Part shown: positions 14,713 through 28,548 of the stretch, in pieces
How the letters are laid out: the number at the start of each line of letters is the position of its first letter
How positions within the stretch are numbered: the first letter of the stretch is position 1
The notes under the pieces: generated by a model
The model's input: only the letters and a program-made list of their open reading frames with translations
Databases searched by the model: none
What the model was told of the DNA's origin: nothing
DNA from: the human T2T-CHM13v2.0 reference genome, Homo sapiens
Strand: one strand, 5' to 3'
DNA: 64,000 nucleotides
Assembly (NCBI RefSeq): GCF_009914755.1
Contig: NC_060934.1
Made by a program: the position numbers and the translations under genes

Positions 14713-16748
14713 CTGTATGGAAAAAGAACATATATTGTAAAAGAACAAAAAGTCTATAGAATATACATTATACAAGACAATCTGCCAAAGTTTAGGCTAT
14801 AAAGCCTAAAGTTTATCCCTTTGTTAAACTTTCTGTTAACAACTACCAAACAGAACCTAACTTGATTGCTTCCCAGGTAAGAATTGGAATAAAATTTGGC
14901 TACAAGGAGAAAAGAATTAGGAAATTCAGGCAATGTCTTCATTATTCACCCTGTGGATGTACCGTGACACATTTTACAACTCAAAAGGGCTTCCTCCTGT
15001 CCCTAGTCAGCACACCTGGCACACTTTGGGCCTACTTGTCCCCATTGCTAGAAGGGAAACACATATAAATACTGGTGGAAGCAAGGCTCTTTAAGGAAGC
15101 CTTGCTTGTTTTCAAGTATGTGATGAAACAAATGGCAGAAGTTGTCAAATATCCATGCTCCTGGGGATAATTCTACATGAAATGAATGCATTACATGTTT
15201 CTGGTCCACTGAGTTATTGGTCCAATGAGTTATTGGATTTCACTCATTTATAAGATATTTCAGGCAAGAGTTTACCTTGATTAGGAAATCTAAAGGAATA
15301 AAGTTCTGCATGAGAAACTATGTAAACTACACTAAGTGGTATGCTGTGGGATTAAGAGCACAGGTCCTGGGCTCACACTGCCTGCCATAGAACAGCCATT
15401 TCTCAATTTACAAGCTAAGGGGTTGCATGTCTCTATCTACACAATATCTACAGGGATAGTAGTAGCTGCCTCTAGGGTTATTAGGAGGATTGAATGAGGA
15501 GCAGAACTATGAACTCTTGTCAGCCCTTTACACTTTGCAAAGCTCTGTCCAGATCTGTTATTTATTTAATACTCTCAGCAATCTCATCAAGTATACTGGA
15601 GTCCTGGGGCTTGGACTTTTGACAATTATTAACTCCATTTTACAAAAAAAAAATGTAATAGATCTCAGAGAAGTTATGGGGCTTGTCCAAGGTTTCACAG
15701 ATAATCATAACTCTAATCTGAACTTGGATGTTTGACTTCCAAGCCCAGACCTCTTTCCCAGAGAGCTCCCATCAAAAGAAGGTTTTGATGACCAGGCACT
15801 GAAACTTGGTACTTAAATGGTTGTCCTTTGACCTAATCACAATCTCCCCAACCCCTACCCCCACACTACTTTAATCCTGCATTTCCCTAAGGTGCTCTAA
15901 GGGTAGTAGGAAGAATCAGCCATTGTTTCAGGTAAGGCTTCCTGTCTTCAGAGTACAGAAATACACTTAGGGTGGCTTTCACTAAAAAAAAAAAAAAAAA
16001 AAGGAAGGTGTTAACTCTAAGAATATGGGAGTGTCCCATGGAGCCCAAGGACAGGTGGGAAGCTGGTTTCTCCAGGGAGTGGACCTTGGAACGGGGAACT
16101 TGTGTGAACCGAAGGCACCCTCCTTTCTCCTTCGCTCCAGAGCAGCATGGCCTTCTGCCTGTACTGTTCTCTGATGTTTGCTTCTCTCTTTCTCTCCAGA
16201 TGGACTTTTCTGCCCTCATAAACTCCTGCTAATTGTACCAGCTAATGCCATGGAGCACTTAGGATGTGCCAGGCTGTTCAAGAATTTTTCCCATATTGAC
16301 TTATTTATTCTATACAACTGCCAGTGAATAGTAATGGGACTATGATGATCTCATTTTACAGATGAGAGGAGCAAGGCACAGAGAAGTGAAGTAACTTGTG
16401 TAAGGTCACACAGCCCTAGGTGACACCCCCCCGGGCAGTCTGGCTCTGGGATCCATGCTCTTAACCACTGTGCTACATGGCCTCCATGGCCTAATGCAGT
16501 GTCTTAGTCCCATTTTTCATACTTGACAGTTCAGTATGGACTGAACTGACAAATAGACTGAACCTGGCATTTCAGTCCTCAGCAGGGACTGGCCAGCAGG
16601 GAGCCCTGTTCCAAACTTCCCGCAGAGAGGGATCCAGGTGCCCACCTCTGTCCCACTTCCCAGGGCACTGGCATTCCCAGGCTACCCAGCTGCACTGAAG
16701 TGGAAGGGTTATGCAGTAGAAATGTGACTTCCAGGCAGGATGACCTAC

Positions 16749-16787
16749 CATCCGCATTGTCCAGAGAGCTGCCCAGGACTTTCAGTG
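16749..16787 (-). other. OPALIN: Candidate OPALIN alternative cassette exon (in-frame stop plus new ATG)
   Basis: tgtctgtttttag|CAC TGA AAG TCC TGG GCA GCT CTC TGG ACA ATG CGG ATG|gtaggt; 39 nt. Confidence 0.7.
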
Positions 16788-18108
16788 CTAAAAACAGACA
16801 ACACCAGGCAAAGCAAAATGGTTGGTTGCTCTACACGGGATCAAAGGGGTGAAGAGACAGTTCTCAGAGAAATGAGCTGTTAACCAAGAGAGTACTCCAA
16901 AGGGTGATGACTGGCCACATAAGGGCTCTCTTCCACCCCATTCACCCCCACTCCCCAAGAAATGGCTTCTTGCTTCTCTGCATTCTCTTGATGTGATGGG
17001 CCAAGATAACACAGAACCTGGAGTGTCTATGGACCTGCTGGGTTCCAACAGCCAGGGGAAAGTTCCAGCAGTGATTGAAGGAAAAGGTTTTGACAGGAAA
17101 AAGAGGAAGAATTAGGGAATTTGCCTGAAACCAACAGGCAGAAGCTGAAGCAGGGAAGCAGAGCAAGTTGGGGAGGTTCAGAAGTGCCCCCCACCAGAGG
17201 CTGGAGCAGGTGCCAATGTATTCAGTTCACAGAGGTCTGGGCAGACAGTGGTGGGCACCACAGGTCCAGCAATAAGTCACAATGTTCTAACTTTATGCTA
17301 CTCTCTAGAACTATGCCCCCATGTTTCAGTAAAATGAGCACTGGCTTAGGAGTCCTCTTACGAGTAAGATTCAGTTTATTCTCTTTGAATAACCAGACAA
17401 CTTATCAGAAAAATGTGGCACAGCCAAGCCCACTAAAAAACTGGGCCAGAAAAATGCCTTGCTCAACCATAGTAGTGCTACTGATCAGATAACAACCTTG
17501 GCTCTTAGTGTTATCTATATGCAATGTGCAAACAGAAGACGGAGGATCAGCTGTGGATTGAAACTCTAACATCGACAATTGAAAACCTCAATTTTGACTT
17601 GCAACTAAATGCCATAATCAAGAGCCATAAAATGTTCATTCTTGTTGACCCAATCATTCCCATTTTAGAATACATACAAGGAAATTATCTTAAATGCAGA
17701 TAAGGATTCTCTAAAATGTCATGTATCACAAAGTTATTCCTAATGATAGTTAATCAACTGAAGAAATAATTAACTTGAAAAAATATTATGCGATCATAAT
17801 ATGATCACATGATTATGTGATTAACCATATAACAGTTATGGTTATAAAGACTAGTGGAAAACATTTAGATATAAAATTATATGTAGAGTAAGAAAACAAT
17901 AGTACAAAGGCAACAAAAGTCAAAATTTATGTAACGCCAAACAGGACAGGAAGGGTTACACCAGTTTTCTGCTGATGAGAGTTTAGGTGTTTTATTGTTG
18001 TTGTTGTTTTCCTATTTTCCTTTTCAAAATGTGTATTTATAAGTTTTATAATGGAAATAAATTCTCTCAGCATCTCTCAACTATTCCTCAGTGCGTTTTG
18101 AAAGTTTA

Positions 18109-18638
<530 letters not shown>

Positions 18639-21474
18639 TCACTTCCTCAAACTCACTGACCCTGGTGGATTCCGAGAGGTCATTGATCCTATAGACTCAG
18701 CCAGCCCCCATCGTCCTGCACAGTCTTGGCCCCAAAAGAAGGAAGGGGAGGCAAGGAGCCTGTCATGAGTTCCTCCCTCAGCATCAAGTCAGTCTTGCCA
18801 CCGCCCCCAACCAGGTCCTCGACCAGGATCAGATGAAGAGGCAGCCTGCAAGGCTATTGTCTGAGGGGTCCCATTCACAAGGGCAGCAAACACATGACTA
18901 GAAATTCAGCAAAAGGCTAAAATTATGTTTATTCCCTCTAGAACTCCTTTGAGACAGAAAACTGTTGAATTTAGAAGTATTTTGTGTTTTCTCCTTGGAG
19001 TAGAAGGTAAGACCCCCAAAGGGCATGGTCTAACAAGAACACCTGATCCTTACCCGGGGAAGGCAAGGCTTCTGTTTTTGCTACAACTGAGGCAGAGGTT
19101 CTAGGTTGCTGGAGCTGAAGTGGCCAGGAGGACAGGGGAACAGCAAACCCTTCTCTTTCCTCCCCTCACTTAGTAGATGGTCTCACCTCTCCCGCAAATA
19201 TGGAGTCCAAATTTAAAGAGCGTGGGCTCAGTGGAGCACCAAGTAGCCTGCCCAGGGCCTCAGGTGGCTCCTTTCTCCTCCCTGTCCCTAGCCCCTGTTA
19301 CTCTAGCCTTTCCAGGCTGCTCCTTACCAAGTCCTTTCCCTACCTAGATTGGAATGATGGGTGGACCTGTTCTGACTCAGCCAGTGAAACTATTTTCCCC
19401 TCTTTCCCTGGGTGGAAGTGGTCTTGTTCCCACTTTCTGGACTCTCAGCCCCTTGGGTCCAGCCACCCTGGATTAATACCTCCTGGCTGGGCCCTCCTTC
19501 AGCCTCGGTCTCCCTGACCCCCAGATATTTCCCTGGGCTTGGTCTACACCACAGCTTCCCGTCTTTCCAGCATCCCAAGACCAGATTCTGTCATTGTAGA
19601 AACAATGCATTTATTAAGTTTTAAAATTAAATGTTATCCAACAATAGGAAAGTTGTGAAACATTAAAGAATCCAAAAGAATCATGTTTCACACCTGAATT
19701 ACCTGAAAGATCATCTCTCTCAAAACCCTCATTTTCCAGCAGAGGAAACTGAAACCCAGGGACTTATCAGAAATCACCTCATGGACAAATGAGAACAGTT
19801 GGAGCCACATAGACCAGCCAATGGGCCGCAGTCTATGTGACTCAACCCCAACCCGAAAGATGGTAACAGAGGATCTCATCCCAACAGAAGCAAACTGACA
19901 AAACACCTATTTCAGCTGACTTACTGATGGATTGGAATTCAGATGGGTTAATGAACAAGAAAATCTTTTGTGAACCAGAAGTGTTTTAAGCACCTAGAAT
20001 GTGTAAGTCCCCCTAGCTTTTGCCCCAAATATTATGTCCTTCAATCAACGTGGCCCTGCTCAACTAGCACGCTTCAGTGGTGCCTCTGCTCACTTCTCCC
20101 CCTCTTGGCAATAGGACACCCGCATTTTATAGAGAATAACCAAGCCTCAAGAATTTGAACAGGTTTCCCAAGTCCAAACAACTACTTAGCTGTCACCAGA
20201 ACCTGAGTGTCCCGGTGACAACCTCTTTCCACCACTCTGCAAGGCTTCCAAGCAACTCCAGTAGTCTCTGTGGATGAATCAGAGCACCCAGGCTGACAGC
20301 ACTGTGCACCTCTGCTTCTGGGATGACGGTGGAACACAGGGACGTCTGGGCCTCTTAGGTCAGGGTCCTCTTGCTCAAGGGACCTAACCACTGCTCTTCA
20401 CGCTAGCACCAGACCAACACGTGCTGCAAGGACACTGGATGGTCGCTGCACTGAATGCAGCTGCCCAGAGCCTTATCTCATCAGTGGGCACTGAGGACTG
20501 ATGTCAGCAGCCCTAAGACAAAGCTTCCTTTGGGAGGACAGTAGAAGAGGGGGTGCAGCAACAAGTGGGCCATTGCATGTGTTGTTTATCAACATTTGGA
20601 TGACGGAGATTTTGGCCAATTTCAGAAAGACACTCATATTTTGTAGAAACACAGTACAGTGCTCTCATGGAGAGAAAAACATCGCACAAATTAGGGTGGA
20701 GAAGAATCTGATGCAGTGCCCTTCAGAGACACAGCTGAGTGGGATGATGCAACCCTGAGCTTGGAGCCACCTGATCTAAATTCGAGCCCACACTTAGCCA
20801 CTTAGGAGCTGTGTAGTCTTGGATAAGTCACTCAAACCCTCTGGTCTCCATTTTCTCACAACAAATCTATTCTCCAAGGCTCAGTTTTCCCATTCTCAAA
20901 ATGGGATACTATTAACTTGCCTTGCCCACTTCACAAGGGAATACCGTAATGTCATCTGTGGCAGCTCCTTTCTCCCAAACTGTAAAACACCCTCTGTGTT
21001 TTAGGGATCACGTGGTAGCATATTCTTTATGGCCTGGCCAGCACAGAGCTAAGGATAGGAAAGTTCTTGTGGAATGGAATTGCAAGCATGAGTTAGTGAT
21101 AGTCAAAGTACTAGAATTGGATACAATGCAATTATTGCTTACTGCTAGTCTGAGCACTATGCAGTATCTACACAATGATTCTGAAGGCATTTTGGGATCT
21201 CAGTGGCTGAACGTCCTTCATTATAAGTTTGCAGTTTGTGAGAGGAAGGAGGAAGAGACAGGATAAAAACTTACTGCTATTGAAGGTGTGCTGGGTATAA
21301 GACCCCATACTCACAACCTCCCCATGAAGGGAGCACTATTATTCCTATATTATACCTGTGGAAACTGAGACCAAGATAGGTTTTTGCTCACCAGCTTTTA
21401 AGTGGTAGAGATCAGGTTAGATCACAGATCTCCCTAACTCCACAGACTGAGCTCTACTCCTTTTAATAATGCTT

Positions 21475-21514
<40 letters not shown>

Positions 21515-21516
<2 letters not shown>

Positions 21517-21725
21517 CCACAAGAAAGTGAGATTACACAATATTCTTCTTTTTGTGTCTGGCTTATTTCACTTAGCATAATGTTCTCCAGGTCCAAATAG
21601 GACAAACATGGCAAATGGCAGGGTCTCCTCCTATTCTAAAGCTAATATTCAGTTGTATATATACATATAAACCACAGTCCCTTTATCCATTCATCCACTG
21701 ATGGACACCTAGGCTGTTTCCATAA
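21515..21725 (-). mobile_element. L1MA/MB 3' fragment
   Basis: Minus-strand peptide DLENIMLSEISQTQKEEYCVISL resembles the L1 ORF2 C-terminus. Confidence 0.8.
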
Positions 21726-22191
21726 TTCTTTAGTAAATCACAGAACCCTCTTGTTTTCTCTTCTAACTTAGCAAACTTCATTTGATTGGGTCACAACGAA
21801 ATATTTATCACAAGTAAACAAGAAAGATGGAAAATTTCTGATCAATGATGACCATCCATGTTGCTGATGATGGAACAAAAAGCCAGATTAAACAAGTAAG
21901 ACAGATAAAATCGTTGATTAGATCCATTGCTTCAACTAGAAAGGGAACATAGGTGAAACATCTACTCTGTACTCTTGTATGTGGGGGTTTAAAAACAAAC
22001 CTTAATACCAAAATGAAAGACAAGATCAGCAAATATTAGGTGAGAAGTTTAAAAAATTATTGGTATTTTGCATATAGGAAAATAATTTAAAATAAAGTCC
22101 CTTTACTTCATTGTACATTTAATTGAATTTGGAGGTTTTTTATAGTAAGAAATGAAAGTTCGATTGAGAAGAGATGCCAGCTTTCACTCAC

Positions 22192-22194
22192 CAT
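22192..22194 (-). CDS. OPALIN: OPALIN exon 1 coding part (start codon only)
   Basis: cagaaATG|gtgagt, a consensus donor; joining exons 1-6 gives 1+12+11+40+19+58=141 aa. Confidence 0.9.
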
Positions 22195-22700
22195 TTCTGA
22201 CAGTCTCCCAGGAACCTTCTTCGTACACTGCCTTTGGTAAGCTCCTTTCTCACTGGCTTTATTGGCTTGTGTCTTTCATTTGTAGGAACAGTTAACTGAC
22301 AAAGCTGCAGAGGCAGGCTGAGAGGTGGCTCCAAGAGAACCCTGGCCAAGCCATTTATGGTCAGGGGAGTAGCCAAGCCCTCAGTCCATCCCTCGGGAAA
22401 GATGGGCTGCTGCTGCATGGCCGACGTGTATGGCCTGGTTCACCCACCCTCTTTGCCTTGATTTTCTGTCCTTCTTACTTTTCAGGCTGCTTTCTTGGCT
22501 ATACCTCCATCTCAGCAAAGAAGCCACAGCTGGCCTGAGAGCTTGGGGGCTTCTGCAGCCTGCAGCCCTTTGGAAACAATGGGTTACATGAGGCTGAGGC
22601 TGGCCACTCCATCCCCAGCTGACGGGAGTCCACATTAACCATGTTACTGATAATGATGGAGTCATTGTGTTACATGGACAACAGCATGGACATTCGGGAT
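22195..22700 (-). promoter_or_regulatory. OPALIN 5'UTR/proximal promoter
   Basis: Upstream of ATG; CCATAAATGG (CArG/TATA-like) 22351-22360, SOX cores AACAAT 22575 and CATTGT 22663, TCCCTCGGGA 22389. Confidence 0.5.
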
Positions 22701-23029
22701 GTCTGGAGGAGGGGTGGGGGCCCATTCTGTTGCAGGAGTCACACTGCTGGGGGCTCCAGCTGCTGCAAGGTGCTGCACTCAGTGGCCAATGAGCTGCCTG
22801 GTGTGAGTTCAGCCTCACCCCCTCTCTGTTTTTGTATTTTGGGTGGGAAGCTCTCTAGACCTGGAGGAAGCCATGGACTTGGGCTGCTTTATAACTTACA
22901 ATTTCCCTGTTAGGGATTTGCCTCTTTAAAATGGTGAATGAGTTGCTAATAAAACAACAGAATTAAACCAATAATTTGGCCATTGAAATGAAAACCACTG
23001 TGAGAGGAGCAGATAGGAGTGTAAGGAGA

Positions 23030-24120
23030 GAGCGACTCAAGTGACAGAGGAGGCCGTTGTTTAGATGACTCTGGGAGATGGCACTGAAGCTGTGCGTGAA
23101 AGACGAGAAGAGGGCAGACATGTGAAGGGTTGAGGGAGGAGAGTCCCAGGCAGAAGCCACAGCAAATGCTAAGCCCTGTAAGCTTGGTGCACTCCCAGAG
23201 CAGGCAGGAGGCCGGTTGGCTGGAACAACATAAACCAGGGAGTCACCCGGGAAGGGGCTAAGGACGGAGTGAGTTTGAGCCCTTTTGATGTGACATGGGA
23301 GGGCATGGTAAGATTTTCATCCTTAGATGAAACCTTTTCCAAGGGTTTTTCAGTGGGAGAGATGCATGATGTAATTGCTGGTGACGAGGATTGCTAGGGC
23401 TTCTCTGTGGAGCCAAGATTACAGGGGAAGAGAGTGGAAGCAGGTGGCTGGCTAGTGGAGTCCAGGTGAGCGATGAAGGTGGCTGCTGTAGGAAGACAGC
23501 AGTGAATGATTGTGCTCTCTACTGTGGAGGTGGAGCCACTGGGATTAAATGATGAAAAAAATATGGGGCGGGGAAGGGCGAGGTGAGGGAAAGAGAAGAA
23601 TAAAGCCAACTCCTGGGTTTGAGGCTTGACTAACAAAAATGGAGATGCTATTGGCTTAGGCAGGTAATACTGGAGAAACAGATTGCCCTTACACCTGAGT
23701 AGCCTAGGGGCTGTCCAAGTGTAGGTACCAAGTAGGCGACTGGATAAAGGGGATCTGGGGCTGAAGACATCCGTTTGGGAGTGGCCGGCCTGTGGATGGT
23801 TTTAAAGCCCCCGGTGTGCATGAGCAGGTAGACAGGGCAGAGGGCCAGGACAGCTGCCAGGGGTTCACAGACATTTAGCAGCCTGGAAGAGGGGGTGTCA
23901 CTAGCAAGGGGAGTTGAGTGAGGCAGGAAAATCAGATAAGTTCGGGGGTCACAGGAAAGAAATTTGATTCAAGAAGGGGAGTAGATGTTGGTTAATTGTA
24001 TCAACTGCTGCTGAGAGGTAGCCTCCGAAGAGGTCAGAAGAGCCTTCTGATTCCCAGTATCGGGGTTGCTGGTGGCCTTGACAAGAGCAGTTTAGTGGCA
24101 CAGTGGAGACCAGATTGCCT
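23030..24120 (-). mobile_element. L2 fragments
   Basis: L2-type purine-rich motifs (ccaggcagaagccacagcaaatgc..., ccttgacaagagcagtttagtgg). Confidence 0.55.
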
Positions 24121-24926
24121 TTAATCAGGTGGTTTTTCCATCCTGGTTGCATACCTGAATTACCTAGGGAGTGGTAGGGGGCTGGTTATAAAAACTCTTG
24201 ATGCCTAGAACCTGCCCCCAGAGACTCTGACTTAATTGATCAGAGTGAGGCAGGGGCATCCCCAGGGGACGCTAACGAGCAGTCAGGGGTGACAGCTGCT
24301 GTTCTAATCAGTTCTTAGACTGTGGTAATCAGCCACCTGCAACATGGCCGACACTGATGCTATCCTAAACAAGACCAATGAGGCCTCTGCCTTGTGGGCT
24401 TCCAGTTTCCAAGACTCCACAGTGACAGCCTAAACTGAACCTACTGGTGACAACATGGTCTAGAGAGACCTCTGTTTAGAGCCACAGCTGCCCTACTGGA
24501 AGCTGCATGGTCTTAGGCAAGTGAAATAACTTCTTCCAGTCTGAGTCTTTTAATCTACAAAGCAGGGATGATACAATTTATGCAATTAGACTACTTGAAT
24601 CAGCACAGCTCGTACAAATGATGCTTTTAATTTTCCTTGACTGGCGTAGAATCAACCTGGACCATAGAATTCCAGTTTATGGCCCCAGCACTCTCTGGCA
24701 AGGCTGTTTGTGGATGGGGAGGGCCACTGAGGTCCTTTTTGGCACTTTTGTTTGCTGTGCATCCACTGATCCATAACTCTGCCTTCTGATGGACACATTA
24801 TCTCTTTAGAAGAATTGTTGACATCTTCAGGCAATTGGTACCCCTGCCTAAGTGTCCATCAGTCATGACTGCCCAGTCACAAGCATCAAAACCAGACTCT
24901 GCTTAATTTTTTGAAAAGGAAAATTT

Positions 24927-25541
<615 letters not shown>

Positions 25542-25961
25542 TCAGCCCTTTTGCCTCTCTGATCAGGACTCCAGTCCCAGGAAGAGGATTTGGTTGGTCT
25601 GGCTTGGTTCATATGGCCAAGGATGATGTACCACCTGGCTAACAGTCCCCCCAGTGAGGGTCCCTCCAATGGAAGAAGAGGTGGTTCTGCAAAATGAATT
25701 TGGCATTGTTACCTAAAGGAGAAGGAATGGATGAAGTGAGTAAGCTCTCCTTCTTTGGAAGTCGGGCCTGAGAATCATCTCCTTAGAAACCATAGATGGA
25801 ATGCCCTTAGTGGGTGAAAGATTGGGGCCACCAACTCTGAGAATCTCGGATCATTTATATTTTGTCACCATTTAAATTTGTACAAGCCCAATCACATGGA
25901 TGGTCTTCCCTGCAACAACCGGTCAGCTTATAAAACTGGACCATTCTAAATGACAGGTGGC

Positions 25962-26275
25962 TGTCTTAGTCCATTTGGGACGCTAAAACAGAGCACCACA
26001 GACTGAGTGGCTTATAAGCAACAGAAAGTTATTTATCACAGTTCTGGGGGCTGGGAAGTCCAAGATCAAGGTGCCAGGAGATTCAGTGTCTGGTGAGGGC
26101 CTGCTTCCTGGTTCCTAGGCAGCTGTCCTCTCTCTGTGTCCTCACGTGGAGGCTGAGGGATCTCTCTGGAGCCTGATAACCTAATTACGTCCCAAAGCCC
26201 CCGCCTCTCAATACTATTACATGAGGGGCTGGGATTTCAATACATGAATTTTGTGGGTATACAAACATTGTTGCA
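25962..26275 (-). mobile_element. MaLR LTR (MLT1A/MST-like)
   Basis: TGTCTTAGTCCATTT...GGGAAGTCCAAGATCAAGGTGCC motifs. Confidence 0.8.
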
Positions 26276-26385
26276 GTGGCCTTGTTCTAATTTTTAGAAA
26301 TCTTTATCTAAAATGTTAATAATAAGGTAGGGATAAAGTGAAATTTTAGAACAAACAGAAGAATTACAGTCATTTTCCTATCTAC

Positions 26386-26755
26386 AGATGTCACATGTGA
26401 GAGTCATTACTGCTGCCCACCAATGTTGCTAGTTTGCCTTGTTCTTGTCATGAAGTTAAGGACATCCATGTGACTTGCTGTGATCAATGAAATGAGTAGA
26501 AGTAATATATCATTTCCAGGTAGTTTTAAGAGCCAGTGTGTCATGTGCCACCCTTTCTTTCCCTGTATTATAAAACCCAGCAATGTTCTGATGCTGCTGC
26601 TTCATCAGCCTGGTCCTGACTGAGGATGATATGGAAGAGTTTCCAGATGACCAGAAATGAATGTGTAGTGTGGACAAGAAATAAATCTTATATAAAGCCC
26701 CTGAGATTTGGGGGATAGTTGTTGCAGCATAAGCTAGCCTATGCTGACTGATATA
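26386..26755 (+). mobile_element. MaLR LTR (MLT1I/J-like)
   Basis: Ends ...CTGAGATTTGGGGG...CCTATGCTGACTGATATA. Confidence 0.7.
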
Positions 26756-26832
26756 CCAGCATTCATAGCCTTGCACCACTGGGACTCACCGTTAGCTATA
26801 GAAGATAAACCTTGCTGAAGATCTATAGCCTG

Positions 26833-27057
26833 CTTTCTTTCTTTCTGTCTGTCTTTCTTTCTGTCTTTCTTCTCTTTCTTTCCTTTCTTTCTTTCTTCCT
26901 TTCTTTCTCCTTTTTTGTTCTTTCTTCTTTCATTCTTTCTTTTTCTTTGTCTCTTTTTCTCTTTCTTTCTTTTTCTCTCTTTTTCTATCATCTATCTATC
27001 TACCTATCTACCTATATCATCTATTTATCATCTATCAATTATTTATCTATCAACTCT
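26833..27057 (+). repeat. CT-rich low-complexity tract followed by degenerate (TCTA)n
   Basis: Seen directly. Confidence 0.9.
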
Positions 27058-27309
27058 ATGTAATTGGTGACTGCAAATGGGCAGAAAAGTCAAAATCTTG
27101 AGACTATGTATAGCACAAAACAACTGCATGTGTTAAAGGATTTTGCACTGAGAGCAATCTGAGTGCTTCTAAAAACACAGTTGTATAATTACCCTTCTGT
27201 AATATAACCCACAAAACTCCAAACATACCCCAAAGCCTCTTCATCTAATCAACCTGAAGAGGGTGTCCCTTATCAGATGGAGTCCCTGTCTTTGTGTTAG
27301 AAATAACCC

Positions 27310-27650
27310 TGTATCAGTCAGGTTCCCTGCAGGAGACAAGTAATGTACACTCATTACTACATTTGAAAAGTGTTTATTAAAATGACTACCTATAAAGGTT
27401 TCCCTTGAGGGAAGTGCAGTACCCCAAGGTTAGACAAGCAGGGTGTCATTACCACCCCTAAGCCTGAAGTGGAAAGTGGAAGGAGGAACTTCCAGGGCCC
27501 CCAGTGGGGAGGCCTGGAACACTCCCAGTAGTGTTCACCTACTGGGAGCCATAACCTTCAGTCTCGGGTGTCAGATGTAGTCCTCAGACAAATGTCCAGA
27601 TAGAGGAGGGTGGCGACGGGAGCTGAGGGGCAAATGGAAGATGTCTACCA
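27310..27650 (-). mobile_element. ERVL-type solo LTR (LTR33-like)
   Basis: Begins TGTATCAGTCAGG..CCTGCAGGA; related to the copy at ~35170-35440. Confidence 0.45.
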
Positions 27651-27956
27651 CATCTGGATGGTTTCGGCAGCAGACATCTTCACAATTAGGTTGTAAGATT
27701 TTCAGCTTGTTTTGGTGTAAGAAAGGGAACAAATTTGAAAGCCATCTTTAGCTTTGCTCATGACTTTCTGGGTCCATTAGTGAACTCTGTTCTGGAGTAC
27801 TTGGATACTAACCAGAGAGTGGAAGGCTGTAGAGAAGGGCCCCCTTTTAGTACTCTCTCCCAAGCTCTTGTGATATTGGAGAAAATTAGCACTAAAAGGA
27901 CCCATCTGGTCTGAATTAGCAATACAAACCCAAGACACATCAATAAATCCACATTC

Positions 27957-27962
27957 TTTAAT
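27957..27962 (-). terminator. Candidate distal TLL2 poly(A) signal ATTAAA
   Basis: Followed by GU-rich tgtgtcttgggtttgtattg on the minus strand; other candidates at 29383 and 29904. Confidence 0.5.
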
Positions 27963-28350
27963 GAAACCATCCTTTCTAGGTAGAGACATATGTTAGGTCC
28001 TCTCCACTTTCTCTTTGAAACTGACATCATTTCATGAAATGTAAAATTACACAAAATAAAAAATACCCATATGTTTACATATAATACTTTAAACAATTTT
28101 CCTTTTTAAAAATAAAATTTTAGGCATTTGGTATTACTCTTCAGAAGTTCGGTCTACAAAAGAAACTTTAAAAACATCTGCTAAAGCCAAGGGAACATTT
28201 GTTCACAAATGGAACGCTAACAATACCAATCTGAAAGCTATCAAAGGGACCCAATCAATAGAAAATCTCAATGTGAATTTGCTAGTTAGCAGGATTTTAC
28301 AAATTATTTAAATCAGCTGAGCAATTCATGAGTGATATGAAACTTTACAG

Positions 28351-28548
28351 CAGGGGTGTCCCATCTTTTGGCTTCCCTGGGCCACATTGGAAGAAGAATT
28401 ATCTTGGGCCACACATAAAATACACTAACGATAGCTGACGAGAAAAAAAAAAATCACAGAAAGAATCTTACAATGTTTTTTAAAAAGTTTACGAATTTGT
28501 GTCGGGCCATATTCAAAGCCGTCCTGGGCCAAGGGTTGGACAAGCTTG
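28351..28548 (+). mobile_element. MER30 hAT DNA transposon in the TLL2 3'UTR
   Basis: CAGGGGTGTCC...GGTTGGACAAGCTTG termini; 8-bp TSD CTTTACAG/CTTTAGAG. Confidence 0.88.

Noticed and set aside
21480-21514. Orphan ~A34 tract as a processed-pseudogene tail
   Set aside because: No TSD or upstream mRNA body; appears to be slippage expansion at the edge of an old L1
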